Positions 1 to 12,337 of a stretch of 64,000 nt of DNA are shown here, one piece after another. A model generated the notes under the pieces. It was given only the letters and a program-made list of their open reading frames with translations. It was not told where the DNA came from and ran no database searches. The translations under genes were made by a program, and so were the position numbers. The stretch comes from Eledone cirrhosa (lineage: Eukaryota): assembly GCA_964016885.1 (NCBI GenBank), contig OZ024760.1, positions 7,192,001-7,256,000 of the forward strand, read 5' to 3'. The number at the start of each line of letters is the position of its first letter. The first letter of the stretch is position 1.

Positions 1-704
1 GAGCTCAGCCGTCGGTCCTACTCGTTCCTATATATTTATATATAAATATATATATATTTATATATTTAGATTTAACTACATTTACTTATATATTTATATA
101 TTTTTATATATATATATTTATATATTTTTATATATATATAGATTTATCTACATTTATTTATATATATACATATATAGAGATTTATCTACATTTATATACT
201 CAGGTAGCTAATCAATACATATATAATTGTTTCTACTTTAGGCACAAGGCAAGCAATTAACCAGTGCATTACTGGTACTTAATGCTACCATTTTACCATA
301 GATTTTTTTTGTCATGTATACCTCCTTATATTTGAGTATACCGTATATGGTAGTTGCCAGGGAAACAGGTATGGCATTTATCACTTTAGCATTGCACTAC
401 TCTATGTATACTAACATATTTTTGTAATAAAGTCTTTATCTTACAAAATATCTAAAATAATATCGGATCTACGAGATTTTGATATTTATTTTGAGAACCA
501 GACCTTCATGCCAGTATTAATGGGCAGTTACACCTGGTTTGAACAGAAAGAGGTCAGAATTCTGGCCAGATATAGCCGGTTTAAATGCTAAGCGCTTAAT
601 AAACCAGGTATTGTTTTATGGTTAAGAGAAACAAACTGTTTGAAGTTGAATCTTTGCATGCGTCTGCTATTAAACTTTACACTTTTTTCCTTTATCTTTT
701 ACAG

Positions 705-752
705 GCTTTCCAACGTTTGGCAACTTTGGTGAAAGAATATAGAGGTTATTAA
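705..752 (+). CDS. Last coding exon of a convergent gene, AFQRLATLVKEYRGY*, probably kynurenine/alpha-aminoadipate aminotransferase-like
   Basis: Strong polypyrimidine tract plus ACAG acceptor at 682-704, TAA at 750-752, AATAAA at 907-912; resembles the AADAT C-terminus AFQVLAQLIKE as recalled; only 15 aa visible. Confidence 0.6.
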   Translation, partial: AFQRLATLVKEYRGY

Positions 753-1139
753 AAAAGAAATCTAATAATTATTAAAAATAACTCGTTAATTAAAAGAATG
801 CTGTCTTTATGAAAACAAGTGTTTGGTTTAAATATATTTTACTTTTTGCACCCTGTCCACCATCTCTCTATTCTGAATTTAAATTCCATTGTATCCCAAT
901 CTAATCAATAAATTATGTGTGAACAATAATATACTAACAACTATTATTATTATTATTGGGGTGGTGGATTGGCAGTATCGGTTGAATGTCGGACGCCTTG
1001 CTTTCTGGCATAGAGTTATATCCCTTTATGGACTGAGTTCAAATCCCGCCGAGGTTAACTTTGCCTTTCATCCTTACTGGGTCAATAAAATAAAGTCATT
1101 TGCATCACAGAATTCCAGGATCCTGAAGCCTTCCTCATT

Positions 1140-1800
1140 ACTAGTACCAAACCCATAACTTCCATGGACACCATTCATAGCCATCACAACATTGTTCAGC
1201 ATGACCATTAAGATTGCCATCAATAATTATATAGTCACTGTTGGGTATCTGGGAGGTAGTGAGCATTAGAGACTCATAGAACCTGTCTTTAGTAACGTCT
1301 GGTAATGTTGATTGGGGTGCATAAGCAGAAATAATAGATAGTTGTCCTTTTTTAGTACTAATCTTATTTTAATTATCCTGTAATTCACGGCAATTACCTT
1401 GTCTCCCCATTTTTCTGCTAACATAATTACAACACCCCCCAGCCCACTATCACAACCCATCCAGAAAAGCTTATAGCATTGTTTCCTGTCCACAATAAAT
1501 CTAGCAAACCCACCCCTCCACCCGATCTCTTGAACACAAGACATCGACTTCCTTACATTCAAGCATCTCTACACCCTCATTTGAACGACCTTTCAATATG
1601 CCTACATTCATGGTACCAATTCTGAAATTTTGGATTTTGCTGGGTGCGGGAGACGGAATTATGTTGGCCTTGGGCTTCCGTATTTGATACAATGAGGAGC
1701 GTTTGCATGCTTGTCCTGAAACGGGAGGTGAATTCATCTTTATCATTGTGAGTGGTAATATTCCCCAACTCCGTAATCCATTTATCGTAGCAAACACCTA
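1140..1800 (-). mobile_element. Degenerate RTE LINE fragment, APE endonuclease N-terminus
   Basis: RIGTMNVGILKGRS..., CVQEIGWRG...YKLFWMG...GGVVIML across frameshifts. Confidence 0.85.
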
Positions 1801-2757
1801 GGTCTAAGCTTAAGAAATATCGGCCTTATGAGAGAGATTAGCATTAGAAGACTTATTATAAAACTGCTGAGTTTTCATTGGCCCAATAACTATGGTGGTG
1901 AGTGGGAGGGGAAAGGTGACTTCCGGAAGACGAACATACTTAGCCAACTTAGAAGCTAGAATTAAGAATTTCGCCTATTTCTAAATGGATACAGACAGGA
2001 AATATATTTTAAAATGTCTACATTAGTTTTTCCAGCCACTCCATTCCAAAATCCAGTAACCAACTAAAGCAAATGAAGGTCACAACGAAGAAGGATTTTG
2101 TCACGATCTGAGCGGGACTTAATTATAGAACTTCCTGCTATGGTTAACTGTTACAAATTCATTAATAGTAAAACTTGGATTTACTAACGATAAACCGGAT
2201 ATTATATATGTATATATATATATATATTTATTTCACATTGCTCCAGTTTACTCAGCTGTAGAAATGAGGTGATAGGGACTGGGGTCCATATCATACCACT
2301 GCAAATGGTCGTGTAGGCGCCACAGCAAAAAAGCACCCAGCACTCACTGTAAATGAGGTTGGTGTTAGGAAGGGCATCCAGCTGTAGAAATCAAGCCAGC
2401 ATCAGTTCCCGTCCCACCCTTGCAAGCAGGGAAAAAGCAGACGTAAAATGAAATGAATGAATGAAATGAAATATATATTCTCTGAATTAGATATATTTTA
2501 GAGGACCTTTTCATTGAGATGTTTTGTATATTGGTAACAAATAACTTTCTGTATGATGTGTTTGTGTGTAAAAACTGAAAGTAGAAATGCACAGAAGTAT
2601 ATTTAAACTTGATGTACCAAATAGACAAATATTTTGTTTTATTGGATTAAAGGAAAAGAAGTTCTTTAAATACATTTGTGTATTTCCAGTCATTTTTTTT
2701 ACTTAGAATCTTTGATTGGTCTGGAACATTACCATATATATATATATATATATATAT

Positions 2758-3500
2758 CCTTCTAAATAGCCACCTTGCACAGCAATACACCGGTCCCAGT
2801 GTTTCTGCCACTTTTGGAATCCGGCCTGGAAGTCATTTTCCAGAAGCGAGTCGAGGACCTTCTGCAATTCACTCTGGATCTCGGCAGTGTTAAAATGGTG
2901 ACCTTTGAGCTGCATTTTCAGTTGCTAAATCTGGCAAATAGGGTGGGTGCAGAAGTGATACAATGTTATTTTTGGTGAGAAACTTACGAGTGAGGACAGC
3001 TCAGTGATAGAATGCATTGTTGTCGTGAAGAATTCAATTTTTCACGCTCCACATTGCAACAGGACTCTTGACTGACAGTCTGGCTCTGGAGGAAGAATTC
3101 TCGATGCACCATACTACGGATGTCGAACAAAAATGATGAGCATGCTCTTGATTGGGCTGTGGTTATGTCGTGCCTTCTTTGGTCTTGGAGATGAAGGGCT
3201 TTTCTACTGTGTCGACTGCTGCTTCATCTCAGGGTCATACCCGTAGACCAAACTCTCGCCACCTGAGATGATCCTCGACATAAAAAATGGTCCAACAGTG
3301 GCACGCGGACAGAGATCTTGACAGACTTCGATGTGATGTTCTTTCTACTCAGTGGTCAGTAGGCGGGGGAAAAACTTGGCAGTGTCATGTTGCATGTTCA
3401 ATTCAGATGTTAGGATTGCCGTCATGGACCCATACGACAGACCAACACCAGCAATAGCATTGATTGTCCTCCGACGATCCTCATGCACAAGGGTGCATCC
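2758..3500 (-). mobile_element. Degenerate Tc1/mariner transposase fragment
   Basis: LKGHHFNTAEIQ...FQKWQKHWDRCIAVQGGYLEG is a typical mariner C-terminus; upstream part has frameshifts. Confidence 0.85.
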
Positions 3501-3509
3501 TCGAGTATT

Positions 3510-3862
3510 ATAACTACCATATTTCCCAGCGCTGGGAAATATGGCAGTTATATTACTAAATCACTTCAAATGTTTATTTTCAAAACTGTTTTTCGTTAGA
3601 AATATGGTAACAAAATAATTAAACTTTTAATATTTTATCTAAAAACCTTCCATCATAATTTTATGTAAGAACCTTTGTTAAGATAGGTTCCAAACACCAG
3701 CTTAATAATGAGAAAGTTAGTTATATTACTAAATCACTTCAAAATTTTGATCATTTTCAAAATTTATATTGAAAATGATAGGCAGTGTCTTTCCTTAGAG
3801 ATATGGTAACGAAATGGTTGAAGGGATCCCCACACAGAAATATGGTAACAAAAGGGTTAAAA
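3510..3862. mobile_element. Decayed TTAA-ended MITE pieces
   Basis: Repeated AAATATGGTAACAAAA(GGGTTAA) terminus; related tandem unit at 15920-16378. Confidence 0.5.
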
Positions 3863-4049
3863 GATTTTCTCATACACTAACAAGGAATATAAACAAGTAT
3901 GTAACAGAGATATATGACACTTTTATTCCTGGGTTTAAGGGTCCTTTTTTTTTTTTTTTTTGCCATGGTAAAAATTCATTTTGTAATGCTTTCCAACAAT
4001 TATGTAAAAAAAAAAGAAAATAATAATTTATCCAAGATAAAGAATAATA

Positions 4050-4500
4050 ATGGTTTCTGATTTAGGCACAAGGCCAACAATTTTAGGGGGAGAGGAAAGT
4101 CGATTAAATCGACCCCAGTGCATTACTGGTACTTTATTTTATCGACCCCCGTAAGGATGAAAGACAAAGCTAACCTCGGCGGGATTTGAACTCAGAACGC
4201 AAAGGGCCATAACTCCATGCTGCAAAGCACGTTGTCCGACGCTCTACCGATTACTGCCAATCCACCAACCTTAATAATGATGATAATTTTTCTGATTTTA
4301 GGCACAGGGCCAACAATTTTGGGAGAAGGGAAAGTCGATTAAATCGATCCCAGTACATTACTGGTACTTTTATTTTATCAACCCTTGTAAGGATGAAAGG
4401 CAAAGTTGACCTCGGCGGGATTTGTACTCAGCATGTAGAATGTTGCAAAGCATTTTGTCCGACGCTCTACTGATACTGCCAATCCACTGCCCTTCATAAT
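4050..4500 (-). mobile_element. Two tandem tRNA-derived SINEs with central GCCTTTCATCCTTACGGGGTCGATAAAAT domain; more copies at 957-1095(+), 24285-24462, 29185-30070, 32300-32635, 38150-38425, 40340-40940, 54400-54715, 58335-58512
   Basis: B-box GAGTTCAAATCC, shared body, (ATT)n tails. Confidence 0.88.
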
Positions 4501-5291
4501 AATAATAATAATAAAACAAATAACAACACAGGTATGCCACAGATTTTCTGGCACCTTTAGTTCCAAATTAATCCTGGATTTTCCGTTTAGTTGGACTAGA
4601 TAATATTTCACTAGAAATACATTTTATATACTACGGAAGCTGGAAGGACTCTTCTTCACCCCTCAACTGTCTTAACACAGAGGCTGGAATGCTTAAAATT
4701 AAATCTAACGCCACCAGGTAACCTTGTAGTATGATTTAAGCTAGTCTGGCAGGTGGTGGTGGGGTGGGAAAGTCAAGCGTCCGGTTCATTTATTTATTTC
4801 CGAATTAAACGAGGTAACAAGAAGCTGGAACATATGTGGTATACCTGTATTATCTTTTAAAGAAAGAAAAAGGAAACCCCCCCTCCAAAAAAAAAAAAAT
4901 CGTCTTCATCATCATCATCATTGATCTGATGAGATAATCTAAAGATCTGTAGACAAATACTGTTTTTTTTCTTTCTCTTGCTTCATTTTCTTCTATTTTT
5001 TTTCTTCTTCCCCTCCAAACATTTTTCCTGTTAAGTAAAACGGATAAGATGTCCGACATTTGAGGTGTTCCATTGTCTGAGGCAGGAATTGTTTAGGGGG
5101 GGAAGGGGTTGGGGGAATGTTTCAAAGTCCAAAAGCAACACCATTTGAAGAGAACCAGAACAACGACTGCTGGCATTGTGCCACAACCGCTGCCACCACC
5201 ACCACCATCATCATCTCCTGTGGTTGTTGTTGTTGTTGTGTTAGTGCAGCGACTGCATTAGTCACCGCCCCAAAACGTGGCATTGGTGTCG

Positions 5292-5393
5292 TCATTGCGC
5301 CGTTACACTCAAAATTGCTTTGATGTCGTCAATTATGTTAGAAAGCAACACAGACTCAGAACTTTTAGCATCAATGTTCAGTTGGTTATTTGG
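5292..5393 (-). CDS. AP3D1: AP3D1 last coding exon [33 protein letters not shown]
   Basis: CAG acceptor, TGA at 5292-5294; resembles the delta-adaptin C-terminus. Confidence 0.92.
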   Translation of the reverse strand, partial: PNNQLNIDAKSSESVLLSNIIDDIKAILSVTAQ

Positions 5394-5423
5394 CTGGAAA
5401 AACAAAGAGAAAAAATTCACAGG

Positions 5424-5468
<45 letters not shown>

Positions 5469-5729
5469 TAAAACATGTCTATAGAATCACAAGATAAAAT
5501 ATATACTATTTCCTCTACCAATTAGCATAATTAACTATATAAAAAATCGAATAGCCCAGGCTATAAGAATGAGGCTTCTATGAAGAAATCTCCGACAAAT
5601 AACCGAAACTAGACCTTCGCGTCGGCCGTAGCGGAATATTTATCGAATATTTCGACAGCGTAATCGCCCAGATACAGTCAACTAAACAGAATTAGGTGTA
5701 AAATAAACTAGGAGAAAATAGAATACATT

Positions 5730-5768
<39 letters not shown>

Positions 5769-8700
5769 AAAAGGTAAACAGAAATAACACAAACGGTACA
5801 GTATATGGAAGGAATATATTAGTTTAACGCTTGAGAAAGCAGGAAGGTCTTCATGTTTTGGATGCTAGTCCTTCATCAGAAGAATGAGAAATTAGAAAGA
5901 TTGAGGGTACAGGCGGGGTTGAATCAGAAAAAAATTTTTTTAGAGAAAAATAACAGGTCCATTCATATATATATATATATATATATGTATGTATCTATGT
6001 AAAAGGTAAACAGAAATGACAACACAATCGGTACAGTATATGGAAAGAATATATTAGGTTAACGCTTGAAATAGCAGGAAGAGGGTCTTAACGCTTGAAA
6101 TAGCAGGAAGAGGGTTTTAACGTTTCGGACACCAGTCCTTCATCAGAAGAAAGAATGAGAAATAAGATAGATTGAAGGGACGAGAGGGCTGGAATTGGAA
6201 AAAATGTCTTTAGATAAAAATAACAGGTCCATTCATGTTGACATCTCTTATATATATATATATATATATATATCATCATCATCATCATCATCAACGTTTA
6301 ACGTCCGTGTTCCACGCTTGCATGGGTTTGGACGGGGGTAGTCCCACTTGAGGCAAGAGTGATTGTCTTGCTCGCATAGGACTGTCTGGCAGGTTTTCTA
6401 CAGTTGGATGCCCTTCCTAACACCAACCACATTTACAGTGTGGGTCTGGGAGGTTTTTACCGTGTTGCCTACACGGCCACATTACAGCGTGGACTGTGTG
6501 TTTTTTTGTCGTGACACCTACACGATCTCATTTGTTTCGGCCTGGATGGCGCGGCACCAACATAACTTTACATAGAACGGGGTGGTGTGGATGGGGTGGG
6601 GGTGGCGGCGGGAGGGGTGTATTTTGTTAGAGATGCCTACTGGCAAGGCGGGTCTTCTCTGTTACTGAGTACCGCCAAAGGTCACGGTCCAGTGACATTG
6701 TCTTGGAGAGGTGTAAGTGTGTGAGGTCGGAGTTTATCAGCTCATCCCATGTTTTTCTAGGTCTGCCTATTCCGTGGCTACCGTCTATCTTTATTGCCCT
6801 GCACTTTGTAATACAGCTATCGACTTTCATGCGCATCACGTGTCCATACCAACGCAGCCTTCTCTCGAGTAAACAGCATCTGATCCCTCTTATCTCTAAT
6901 TTTTTCCTTAGTTCGTTTATGCTTTGCCGTTCACGTATATTACTGTTACACATCCAGCGGAGCATGCAAGCTTCGTTCCTCTCTAGTCTGCGTATATCCT
7001 CTGCACACAATGCCCAGGTCTCACTACCATGCAACATTGCTGTTCGTATGCAGGCATCGTACAACCTGCCTTTCATTTTTAGGGAGAACCCTTTAGCAGC
7101 TAATAGTGGTATAAGCTCTCTGAACTTTTTCCAACCAGTTCTGACTCTAGCTACAGTACTTTCAGAGCACCCTCCCCCACTGCTGATTTTATCGCCCAGG
7201 TAACGGAAGCTGTCCACTATTTCTATAAAACCCTCTGCGCAATTGAAAGAGCTAGTATTTTGTGGGCACTTGCTGCTACTTATTGCACCAGAACACCGGC
7301 CACATGTAAAGTCTATGTTCTTAGTTAGCTTACCTGTGATCCCACTACATCTTTTATGCACCCATACTTTGCATTTAGGACATAAGATGGAGTTTCTACC
7401 TACGCCTTTCCTACATACCGAGCACGACCATTTCCCAGAAGGGACCGCCGCCTTGTTTTCTTTCCTACAAACTAGAACTTTGGTCTTAGCCAGGTTAATT
7501 TTAAGTCCTTTTGACTCTAGGCCGTGCTTCCATGTTTGGAATTTCTTCTCTAGCTCGGCCATTGATTCCGCTATGAGTGTCAGGTCGTCTGCGTATAGGA
7601 GTTCCCATGGGCAGCCTGTCTTGAACTCCTCTGTTATAGCCTGAAGGGCAATAATAAATAGTAGGGGGCTGAGAACAGAGCCCTGATGGACGCCAACTTT
7701 TACGCTAAACTCTTCACTATATTCGTTGTTAATTCTAACCTTGCTGACTGTTTCTTTATACATGGCTTGTATAGCCCTCACAAGCCATTCGTCAACGCCT
7801 AGTTTTCTAAGAGCCCACCAGATAATGGAGCGGGGGACTCTGTCGAAGGCTTTCTCCAGGTCGACAAAAGCTAAGTAGAGGGGTTTACCTTTAGCTAGGT
7901 ACTTCTCCTGTAGTTGTCGTACTATGAAAAGAGCGTCTGTGGTGCTTTTGCCTGACACAAACCCGAACTGCATTTCATCTAGATCAATTCTCTCTCTGAT
8001 TAGTTGCGCTATTACTTTTTCCGTGACCTTCATGACCTGGTCGATTAATTTAATGCCTCTATAGTTACTCCTATCTAGGGCGTCTCCTTTACCCTTATAA
8101 CAGTTAACGATGATGCTGCTATGCCAGTCCTTCGGAACAACCCCATTCTGTACGACTTGGTTAACTATGCGGGTGACCATGGTGTGTCCCACCGTGCCAG
8201 ATGCCTTCAGCATCTCAGCAACTATTTCCGAAGGCCCAGCCGCCTTACCAGTCTTCATATCCTTGATTGCCTTACTTATTATACTCCCCTCGACTAACAC
8301 TGCTGGTCCCTCTATCGGGTCGATATGGGGGAGACTGTCTTTCTCCCATTTATTCTCCTCATTTAGAAGCCTTTCATAGTGACACTTCCAAGCTACCTTC
8401 TTATCAGTGTCGGTGATGGCAAGTATGCCATCATCGTTAAGTACACACTTCTCCCCGACAATATCACGGTTTTCCTTGACGCATTGCCTGGCAATCCTGA
8501 ACACCTCACGTTTTTGGTCATCGCGTTGTAGAACATGCTTGAACTTTCTTTCCTCAGCTTCCCTTCTTGCTAAGTACACTTCTCTCCTAGCTTCCCTCCT
8601 GGCCACTTGATAGTCTACTCTACTTCCCCCATCCCGCCATACTTTCCAAGCCTGCTTTTTGGCCTTAATTGACCCCTCCACCTTACTGTTCCACCACCAT

Positions 8701-9673
8701 GTTACTCTCCTCCTGCCTACAGGCCTGCTCCAGCCACAGACTTCGTCTGTCGCCAACAGCAGGTTAGCTTTCAGAAATTTCCACTGTCCCTCTATATTGT
8801 CCGATTCTAGATGCTCTTCCTTACTGTCGAAAGCATCAAGTAATATGCTTTGAAATTTATTTCTGGCTGTGGGGTCTTTTAGTTTCCATATTTTCCTCCT
8901 GAGGATAGTCCTCTTCTGCTGTCGGGTGCGTCTCGTCCTGACTATGAGGTCGCTAATTATCAGTCTATGTTGGGAGGTGCATTCTTCATGGGGGAGGGAT
9001 TTAGTGTTTACAACAGACACTCTGTCACGTCTTCTGGTAAGGATATAATCTACCTGGCTTGTGTGTTCCCCGGATCTATAGGTAATCAGGTGATTGTCAC
9101 GTTTTTTGAAGTTATATATATATATATATATATGATGATGATGATGATGATGGCTTGCACTCTCTGGCACACACATGGCAACTGTAGGCTCTTCTGGGAC
9201 TTTCCATTGCTTTGTTCTGACTGTGTTCTCATGTGTCTTTTAAAACCTTCCATGCTTGCACATTCCTTACACCTTTTCAGATCATAATCTACACGGGGTC
9301 TACTGATGTGATTTTGTTTGTGTCTAATCAAACCAGCTTTGCTCAGGCAGACTCGATCACAGTGCTGGCAAACTGGATGTTGTTCAACAGCAGGCAGTTC
9401 AGAACAGTCTCTTTTCCGTGTTAGGTGTTATATATATATATTATATATTAAAGGAACGATCGACTTTCGTCAAATCGGACCGAGGGAACAATGTTTCCGT
9501 TGGTCTTTCCAATTGCTAATACTATCTATCGGTCGCAACTCCAGGTAGAAGAAGCAACGTGAAATAAAAGTGTCTTGCTCAAGGACATAACGCATCGACT
9601 GGTCCAGGAATCGAACTCACAACCTTACGATTGCAAATCCAATTCTCTAACCACTCAGCCACACGCCTTCACC

Positions 9674-9710
<37 letters not shown>

Positions 9711-12059
9711 GCATACTAATTTTATGTATTACAACATATATAATATGTACCAGCCCACACTATAACGTGGTTGTATAGGTGTCAAGACAAAAAACACCCA
9801 GCCCACACTATAACGTGGTTGTATAGGTGTCAAGACAAAAAACACCCAGCACACACTGTAAATGGGGTTAGTGTTAGGAAGGGCATCCAGCTGTAGAAAC
9901 CAAACCAGTCCTATATGAGCAAGTCATCGTCATTGGATCTAGTTTATCTCACAATGGGACAACTCGTCTAACCCATGCTAGGGTGGAAAATGGATGTTAA
10001 ATGATGATGAGAGTAAGAGAAGAATGAAAAGAAGGAAAATGTCTTCGCATGAGGAAAACGTGTGCATAAGTTAATCAGCCATTTTGGAGGATTGGATTTC
10101 AGAACGAGACATGTATTGAAGAGTTATTAGAGGAAGGGGAGATAAGCATGTATACCTCAACTTACCAAATATTTAACAAGCAAGCAAACATGGTGATCTT
10201 GGATGGATCTACTGTATAGAGATGCACTCTGATCAACCTGTTCAACAACTGAAATAGAGAATTAAGGTTTTACTATTAACATCCTATAATGATTTAGCAG
10301 AAAATATTATAAAAATAGGTTTGTTAATTCATGGTATGATCCCGTAATTCTTGAGGGAGCCGTAGGAGCACCAAATCGACATACAGCGTTTCTCAGGGTA
10401 TTATTAAACCTGGCAGAGCTCATCACCACTGAGTAAAGCTGATTTCTTCTAGTAGAGAGTGGAAGTGAGTGAGAGAGATAAAGGAAGAATTGATCCCAGT
10501 ACTGGACTGATATCTTTACTACTGGACAAATTGTGAGAATTTACAGTAAACTAGAATAAAGACTAATATTTAATGTGATGTAGTTACAGTACTGTTTTGT
10601 ACTTTACAACAATGTCTTGCTAATGTGGTTTCATGAGGCTTTGTTCTCTTCATCGTTGTTTAACGTCCATTTTTCCAGGCTAGCTGTTTGTAGTATCTTT
10701 ACTAGTGGACAGATTATGAAAATTTGCAGTATTTAATGTGATGCAGTCATATTGCTGTTTTGTACTTTCCAAGAATGTTTTGATAATGATGTTTCATGTG
10801 GTTTGTTAAATCAAATATTCATAGTATCTTTACTAGTGAACACTTTGTGAAAATTTGTAGTATTAGAATAAAGGGTTTAATATTAAATGTGATGCAGACA
10901 TAATGCTGTTTTGTATTTTACAAGAATGTCTTGCTAATATGGTTTCATGTGGTTTGTTATTTCAAATGATTTTAGTGATTTTACTAAAGGGAAAGAATGT
11001 TGTGAAAATTTGCAGTAAACCAAAGTACAGACCTTAATATTTAATGTGATGCAATCAGTGTTGTTTTTGTACTTTTCAAGAATGTCTTGCTTATGTAGTT
11101 TGCTAATTCAAATGTTTATAGTATCTTTACTAGTGGTCATATCATTGTTAACATTTTGTAGCATTTGAGTAAAGACTTACAATATTTAATGTGATGCAGT
11201 CATAGTGCTGTTTTGTTTATAGAATTCTTTCTCCCTTTGTCAGGCTGTTTTGCTCTACAAGAATGTCTTGCTAATATGGTTTCTTTTATAGTATTTTAAC
11301 TAGTGGACAAATAGTTATGAATATGTTCATAATTAGAGTAATGACTTTAACCCTTTATATTTACTATTGTATTTTCATGGTAAAGGCTTTACTTCACATA
11401 ATATCGAATCTATGAGATTTTGATATTATTTAATTTCAGAACAATACCCTAAGCGGCCGATTAGAGCCAGTTTGAACAGAAAGAGGTTAGAGAATTCTGG
11501 CCGGATATGGCTGATTTAAATGCTAAATGGTTAAAGTGTCAGTGTTGAGTTAGTGTTTACAAGATTCCATATATGTGTCGTGTGATTTCTTACACAATTT
11601 CTATCATAGCAACACGAAAATGGATGTAAAAAATAAAAAAATTAAAAAAATATTGAAATAGATAAAGAAAAAAATTCTTACTTGTAAAGTGAAGGTAAAA
11701 ACATAGTTTTGCCAAAATATGAGAAAATTCCTCCTCAGGTAATTCAATCTTGGTACTAGTTTTTGCAGAGAGTTGTCCATTACTCAAAAGTGAGGCAAAA
11801 GTTGATCTGGAGAGAAACACATTTATATAGATATATCATCATCATCATCATCGTTTAACATCCGTGTTCCATGCTTGCATGGGTTTGGACGGAGGGTTTT
11901 CCCACTTGAGGCAAGAGTGGTTGTCTTGCTCGCATAGGACTATCTGGCGGGTTTTCTACAGCTGGATGCCCTTCCTAACACCAACCACATTTATATATAT
12001 ACATATATATATACATCATCATTATCATCATTTAACGACTACTTCCCATATGTTTTTAT

Positions 12060-12124
<65 letters not shown>

Positions 12125-12306
12125 CCTTCAAATGAAATTGTTCTAGTCATGTAGAAGCCATTTCTATATTAAATTTTGTTGTATATACTCTACTAATGTA
12201 TTAAGTATGTTACTTACTGCAGTTACCCCTGACTGAACCTGGGACTCACCCACATATATATATATGTGTGTGTGTGTATATATATATTATATACAAACAT
12301 ATATAT

Positions 12307-12337
<31 letters not shown>

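Noticed and set aside
2060-2120. Hammerhead-like GAAGAAGGAT...ATCTGAG
   Set aside because: Both core boxes too degenerate to support
5262-5294. Stop-codon readthrough at the AP3D1 TGA-C
   Set aside because: The next in-frame TGA follows after only 9 codons (RHQCHVLGR); nothing else supports it
6703-8853. Plus-strand ORFs antisense to the LINE
   Set aside because: Shadow frames of the RT ORF
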